Program-made: the position numbers and the translations under genes | Shown here: piece after piece, positions 60,108 through 64,000 of the stretch | Layout of the letters: every line of letters begins with the position of its first letter | Numbering within the stretch: the first letter of the stretch is position 1 | From: an uncultured Gammaproteobacteria bacterium | GTDB taxonomy: Bacteria > Pseudomonadota > Gammaproteobacteria > UBA9214 | Assembly (NCBI GenBank): GCA_963748215.1 | Contig: CAVVHS010000003.1 | Coordinates: 96,001-160,000, forward strand | Direction: 5' to 3' | Length of the DNA: 64,000 nucleotides | Notes under the pieces: generated by a model | What the model was told of the DNA's origin: nothing | The model's input: only the letters and a program-made list of their open reading frames with translations | Database searches by the model: none

Positions 60108-60313
60108 GTTGCACAGGCATATCCGTGTCAAGGTTCCTGTTGGCTGTTTCGGGGCCGTGCATATGCCGGCCTTCTAGTTGCCGGCCCCCGCCTGTTATTG
60201 CGTGCATAGGTGTATGCGGCTGGTAACAGTCTGTTCACGTATCAGCGCCGGCATGCGCACTACCATCACCGGTATCGACAGGAACCCGGTGCTCCGGTCG
60301 CAGGTTTCCGGCC

Positions 60314-61234
60314 CTATACCGTTTTCATCAAGCTGTCACGGCGACCCACGACGATGAGACCGATCAGCCCGGAGAAGAGCAGTATTGCGGCAGGCGGAAC
60401 GGGCACAGACTGGATCCGGATATTGTCGAAGTCTCCATTGGCAAAGCCGGCTCCCGTACGCCCACCCAGGACCAGGCGGCCGTTGAAGGTATCGAGGTCA
60501 AAGCCTGGAACGAGAATGCCGCTCAACAGATTGTGCACGGTAGCGGTTCCATTTACGTCTTCAACCAGGGTCAGTGCCATCTTGGCATCGGCTCCCTCGT
60601 TGGTGAAGCTCCACTGTGCCTGGTGAAAGACATTCTGGTTGAGGGTGAATGGCGCAGTCAGATCCGCCAGCTGCTCGACGCTGCCCGACAGTCCTGTCGT
60701 GCGTACATTGTTCCCCCCAAAGGCCGAGAAACTGAAGATGTCGAAACCCATCATCACGGAGCCTGCCGGCGCGTCTTGCGTGGGATCTTCCCAGATAGAC
60801 AAGGGATTGAGGGGGCCAGTCGCCGGGAACAGGCTGGTGTCAAACAGGCCGATTCCCAAACCGTCTGCAGCCTGATCAAAGGGGTTGCCCGCGGCCATTG
60901 CATCAGCGTCGCTGGTCATGCGGAAATCAACGAAAACAGTGAATCCCGGGCCCAGTGACCCCGGTGCCAGATCGAACGCAAGTGAATTGATGTTGGATGT
61001 GCTCAGGTTGGTCAGACGTGCGAAATTCCCGGTAGGTCCTCCACCCATCATGGTTGGCACCTGCCCGCTACTGTTCGTGAAATTGAAAACGGAGTTGATC
61101 CCGCCTCCATCGTCGAAGTTCTCGGAAAGTAATGTGTCTGCGACTGCTGTCGATGCGTAGAGTGCCTGGACAGTGCAAAAACCCACTGAAAGCACAAGAG
61201 AAAATACTGGATGTAGAAATTGTCTCGTCTTCAT
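60314..61234 (-). CDS. PEP-CTERM-like (VPxP-CTERM) surface protein
   Basis: Signal peptide, lectin-like ADGLG/GGRTG motifs, C-terminal VPVPPAAILLFSGLIGLIVVGRR. Confidence 0.8.
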   Translation of the reverse strand: MKTRQFLHPVFSLVLSVGFCTVQALYASTAVADTLLSENFDDGGGINSVFNFTNSSGQVPTMMGGGPTGNFARLTNLSTSNINSLAFDLAPGSLGPGFTVFVDFRMTSDADAMAAGNPFDQAADGLGIGLFDTSLFPATGPLNPLSIWEDPTQDAPAGSVMMGFDIFSFSAFGGNNVRTTGLSGSVEQLADLTAPFTLNQNVFHQAQWSFTNEGADAKMALTLVEDVNGTATVHNLLSGILVPGFDLDTFNGRLVLGGRTGAGFANGDFDNIRIQSVPVPPAAILLFSGLIGLIVVGRRDSLMKTV

Positions 61235-61933
61235 TGTGTCACTCCTGACAAGGACAAATATGTCCCTGGACTGCCCAAAAGGATCTATGTTCACTCGCCA
61301 AGCCACTGGCAGATGCACGCTCACGACAGGTTCTGCTGTTGATGGAGAACTGTCACCACACACGGTCCGGTACTAACTAGGCCTGTGTGCGTTGTACAGT
61401 AGCGAGCCACGTATTCTGTCGCGTCGACAGCTGTCACTGTCCGGGTGAGATCCCTGTTGCATTTCTGTAACTGCATTACACAAACAATCAGGGAGGCGCA
61501 TGGCGGTGTGATACAGACCGCAATTCGCGGGGACTGGTCTCGTGACGTGAGGCCGGATATAACCCTGCAATGACTGATGGCATGCAACAGCTCAGACGAG
61601 TGAACCGTTCGTGAGATTCGACAGGATCAGGCCAGGATGACTTGCAGTACCGACTGCCAGCGCGGGGTGTGCCCGGTATATGGCGGGCGCACACGCCTGG
61701 ATGACACCGCGCATAATGGATATCCCGGGCTGTTTTCCTGAACCCGTACCGCTTGGAACTGTTGACTGAATCACGATCGTGGCGTTAATACACTGCAGGC
61801 AGGCGCCAGGGACAGGATCTATACTCCCTGCAAGCGGTATATGATCGCGGTATGAATCACGTTACATACTCCACCCGGACCAGGCCTGTCTCGGGCAGTG
61901 TCTGAAATTCTCAATTCAAAGAGGTTGATTACC

Positions 61934-62668
61934 ATGACAAAAAGCATAAGTTGGGCGAAACGTCTGTGCTCCAGCGGGTTGGTGGCGAGCATGCTGTTGA
62001 CGTCAGTTACCGGGCCGGCGTTCGCCGATCGCCCGGGCGGGTATTCTGACCGCGATGATCACCGGGACAGCCGCGATGACCGGCGGGACAAGCGCGATGA
62101 CCGGCGGGACAAGCGCGATGATCGCAGGGACCGTGACGATCGCATTTCCTGGGGCAAGCACAGGGATTCCGGCTATGAGCCCAGGGTACAGGACAGGCGC
62201 TACGCACCCGACTATCGCTACCGGGATTACCGCAAGTCGCCGCAGGTCGTTTACCGTGGCAAACCGCGTAACCGGATACGCAAATACCGTGATGTGGTGA
62301 TCGTGCGTCCCTACGGCCACTGGTATTCTGGTTATGGACATTATTATCGTGACGATGATGCCTACAAGTGGCTGGCTTTCACCGCCATTACGCTGGGCCT
62401 CCTGAATTACCTTAACGAGGCGCAGCAGCGCGAGTACGAGGCGGCACAGATTTCCGCGACAACGGCGCCGCTCGGCGAACCGATCATCTGGGAGAACGGC
62501 GGCGCCAGCGGTGCGGTAATCGCCACGCGTGAAGGCACGACTCCTTCGGGGCGCTACTGCCGCGAATTCCAGCAGAATGTCGCTATCGGCGGTCGGAGAG
62601 AGGAGGCCTATGGTACTGCCTGCCGCAACCCGGATGGCTCGTGGGAAGTGATCTCAACAGGTCAGTGA
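61934..62668 (+). CDS. Secreted protein with 17-kDa surface-antigen-like C-terminal domain
   Basis: Signal peptide, D/R-rich repeats, WEN..ASG.V...GRYCREFQQ.V.IGG.REEAYGTACR.PDGSW. Confidence 0.85.
   Translation: MTKSISWAKRLCSSGLVASMLLTSVTGPAFADRPGGYSDRDDHRDSRDDRRDKRDDRRDKRDDRRDRDDRISWGKHRDSGYEPRVQDRRYAPDYRYRDYRKSPQVVYRGKPRNRIRKYRDVVIVRPYGHWYSGYGHYYRDDDAYKWLAFTAITLGLLNYLNEAQQREYEAAQISATTAPLGEPIIWENGGASGAVIATREGTTPSGRYCREFQQNVAIGGRREEAYGTACRNPDGSWEVISTGQ
62051..62131 (+). repeat. In-frame 21-bp tandem repeat (about 4 units, RDDRRDK)
   Basis: cgcgatgaccggcgggacaag, two exact copies plus two variants. Confidence 0.85.
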
Positions 62669-62700
62669 CGGGAAGCGCTGACACACGGTATACGAACGTC

Positions 62701-62741
62701 AGGGCAGTGTTTCCCCGGGGCCGAGGAAACACACTGCCCTT
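62701..62741 (+). terminator. Terminator-like hairpin
   Basis: agggcagtgt...acactgccct downstream of the CDS. Confidence 0.5.
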
Positions 62742-63200
62742 ACAACCTTTGGTGTGTGTGGGGTCTGACCCGTTACGTCGAGATGCATTTCATGAGAATC
62801 CGGTCTTACCGGCGGGGTGCAGGTCCGGATAGCCGTACTTCTGTTCCATCTCCAGCTGCATTTTCAGCATGTGTCCCATGCCCGTGGTGTTCATCATTTC
62901 ATCCCGCATCTGATCTTCCAGTTCCCGGTCCTCCTGTTTGCATCGCGCGTACGGATGCTCCAGTTGCTCTTTGGTTGCCCATTCATGCGCCGCAAGGAGG
63001 TCGGGAATGGCGTCGCCGGCCCGTTACTTATGTATATCTGCCTGATTGTTATGTAAAAAATGTCCGCTGTCAGGGTATCCGACTTTGGTGCAATTGAATT
63101 ACCGGCCCAGTGGGATAAGCTTCTATGCAACTCCCGGATGCCGGGGTAGGATATTGCCTCACAGTGGCGGCACGTCATTCAGCTACAGGAGGGTGGAGAG

Positions 63201-63590
63201 ATGCGCAATTACATAACAAGCATGCTTTGTGCCCTGGCGTGTTCCGCGGCCGTCCATGCGGACGACAGGGAAAAAACCCTGTATGCCGCGGCCCCGACGG
63301 AACGCCCCCTGTGGCAGCAGACCAGCCCGGGGATGGCATCGCACGAGTACCAGCATACCGTGGATAACAACCGGGAAATGGTGCAGCAGCAGTTGCAGGT
63401 TGTCTCCGGTCGCTTGCTGGCAAAGGCCGGCGACTATGGCAAGACCGTCGGATTGCTCGGTGCGGCCGTTGCCGTGGCGGCAACCGACCGGCGCGTGAAC
63501 CTGAACGAAAGCAAGACCGTCGGCATGGTATTCAGGGACACCGCCAGCAGTGACCGCACCGTATTGCTCGAGTACCGCAAGGCCTGGTAG
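63201..63590 (+). CDS. Secreted hypothetical protein
   Basis: RBS, signal peptide ending VHA, C-terminal YRKAW. Confidence 0.7.
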   Translation: MRNYITSMLCALACSAAVHADDREKTLYAAAPTERPLWQQTSPGMASHEYQHTVDNNREMVQQQLQVVSGRLLAKAGDYGKTVGLLGAAVAVAATDRRVNLNESKTVGMVFRDTASSDRTVLLEYRKAW

Positions 63591-63752
63591 CGCAACGCTC
63601 AATGCGGTCAATCTGACAACATCACCCAGGCGTGATGACCGGTTGTCCTTTCTTTCACGTCCGCCTTTTTATTCGACCGGTCGCGGCACCTTTTCTTTCA
63701 ACGGGATACGGGTAGAATACGGCCATCACTCAGGGAGGGGGATGGCCCGGCG

Positions 63753-64000
63753 ATGCTACCGGCTCGCACGCTGACAATCACGGGTATCGCACTGTTGCTG
63801 TTCGCCGGTGCCGCACGCTGCGACTCGCGGCAGGCCGAACAGGCCTGGCAAGAGGGTGACTACGTGACGGCGTTGCAGGTGTGGCAGTCACTGGCCGAGG
63901 CCGGTGACGGCGCGGCACAATACAACACCGCCATCCTGTTGCTGGACGGTCTCGGCCAGCACCCCGATCCACAGGCTGCGCTCGACTGGCTGCAGCGTGC
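63753..64000 (+). CDS. Sel1-repeat protein, N-terminal part (runs off the window end)
   Basis: Manual translation: signal peptide, GDYVTALQVWQSLAEAGDGAAQYN...DGLG...DPQAALDWLQR. Confidence 0.8.
   Translation, partial: MLPARTLTITGIALLLFAGAARCDSRQAEQAWQEGDYVTALQVWQSLAEAGDGAAQYNTAILLLDGLGQHPDPQAALDWLQR

Noticed and set aside
61466-61482. TGT-N11-ACA enhancer-like site upstream of the PEP-CTERM-like gene
   Set aside because: Short motif that is likely by chance, and no matching sigma54 promoter was found.
62790-63025. Minus-strand protein-like reading frame (DLLAAHEW...MEQKYGY)
   Set aside because: No convincing start and no recognisable family. It may be a fragment but cannot be supported.

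Overview
GC-rich bacterial DNA, most consistent with a sulfur-oxidising gammaproteobacterium (qmoAB, DsrE-, SoxH- and sulfur-globule-like genes, CbbQ-type ATPase). About 60 mostly unrelated single genes in alternating orientation. The dominant non-coding signal is a dense population of short palindromic repeats in several families that share a GGGG(T/A/C)C(A/G)G-like core. They sit at most gene boundaries from about 4.5 to 52 kb. One Y1-HUH (RAYT/TnpA-REP-like) transposase gene is bracketed by inverted copies of the main family. Several genes end or are truncated exactly at these repeats, and MITEs are nested inside them. Other points of interest: two paralogous unannotated 32-aa membrane peptides, a candidate sigma54/NtrC-controlled ATP-grasp + isoaspartyl peptidase operon, a vanadium haloperoxidase and several pseudogenes. 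No rRNA, tRNA or CRISPR array was seen. All calls come from manual reading and motif recognition, with no database searches. Repeat boundaries are approximate.
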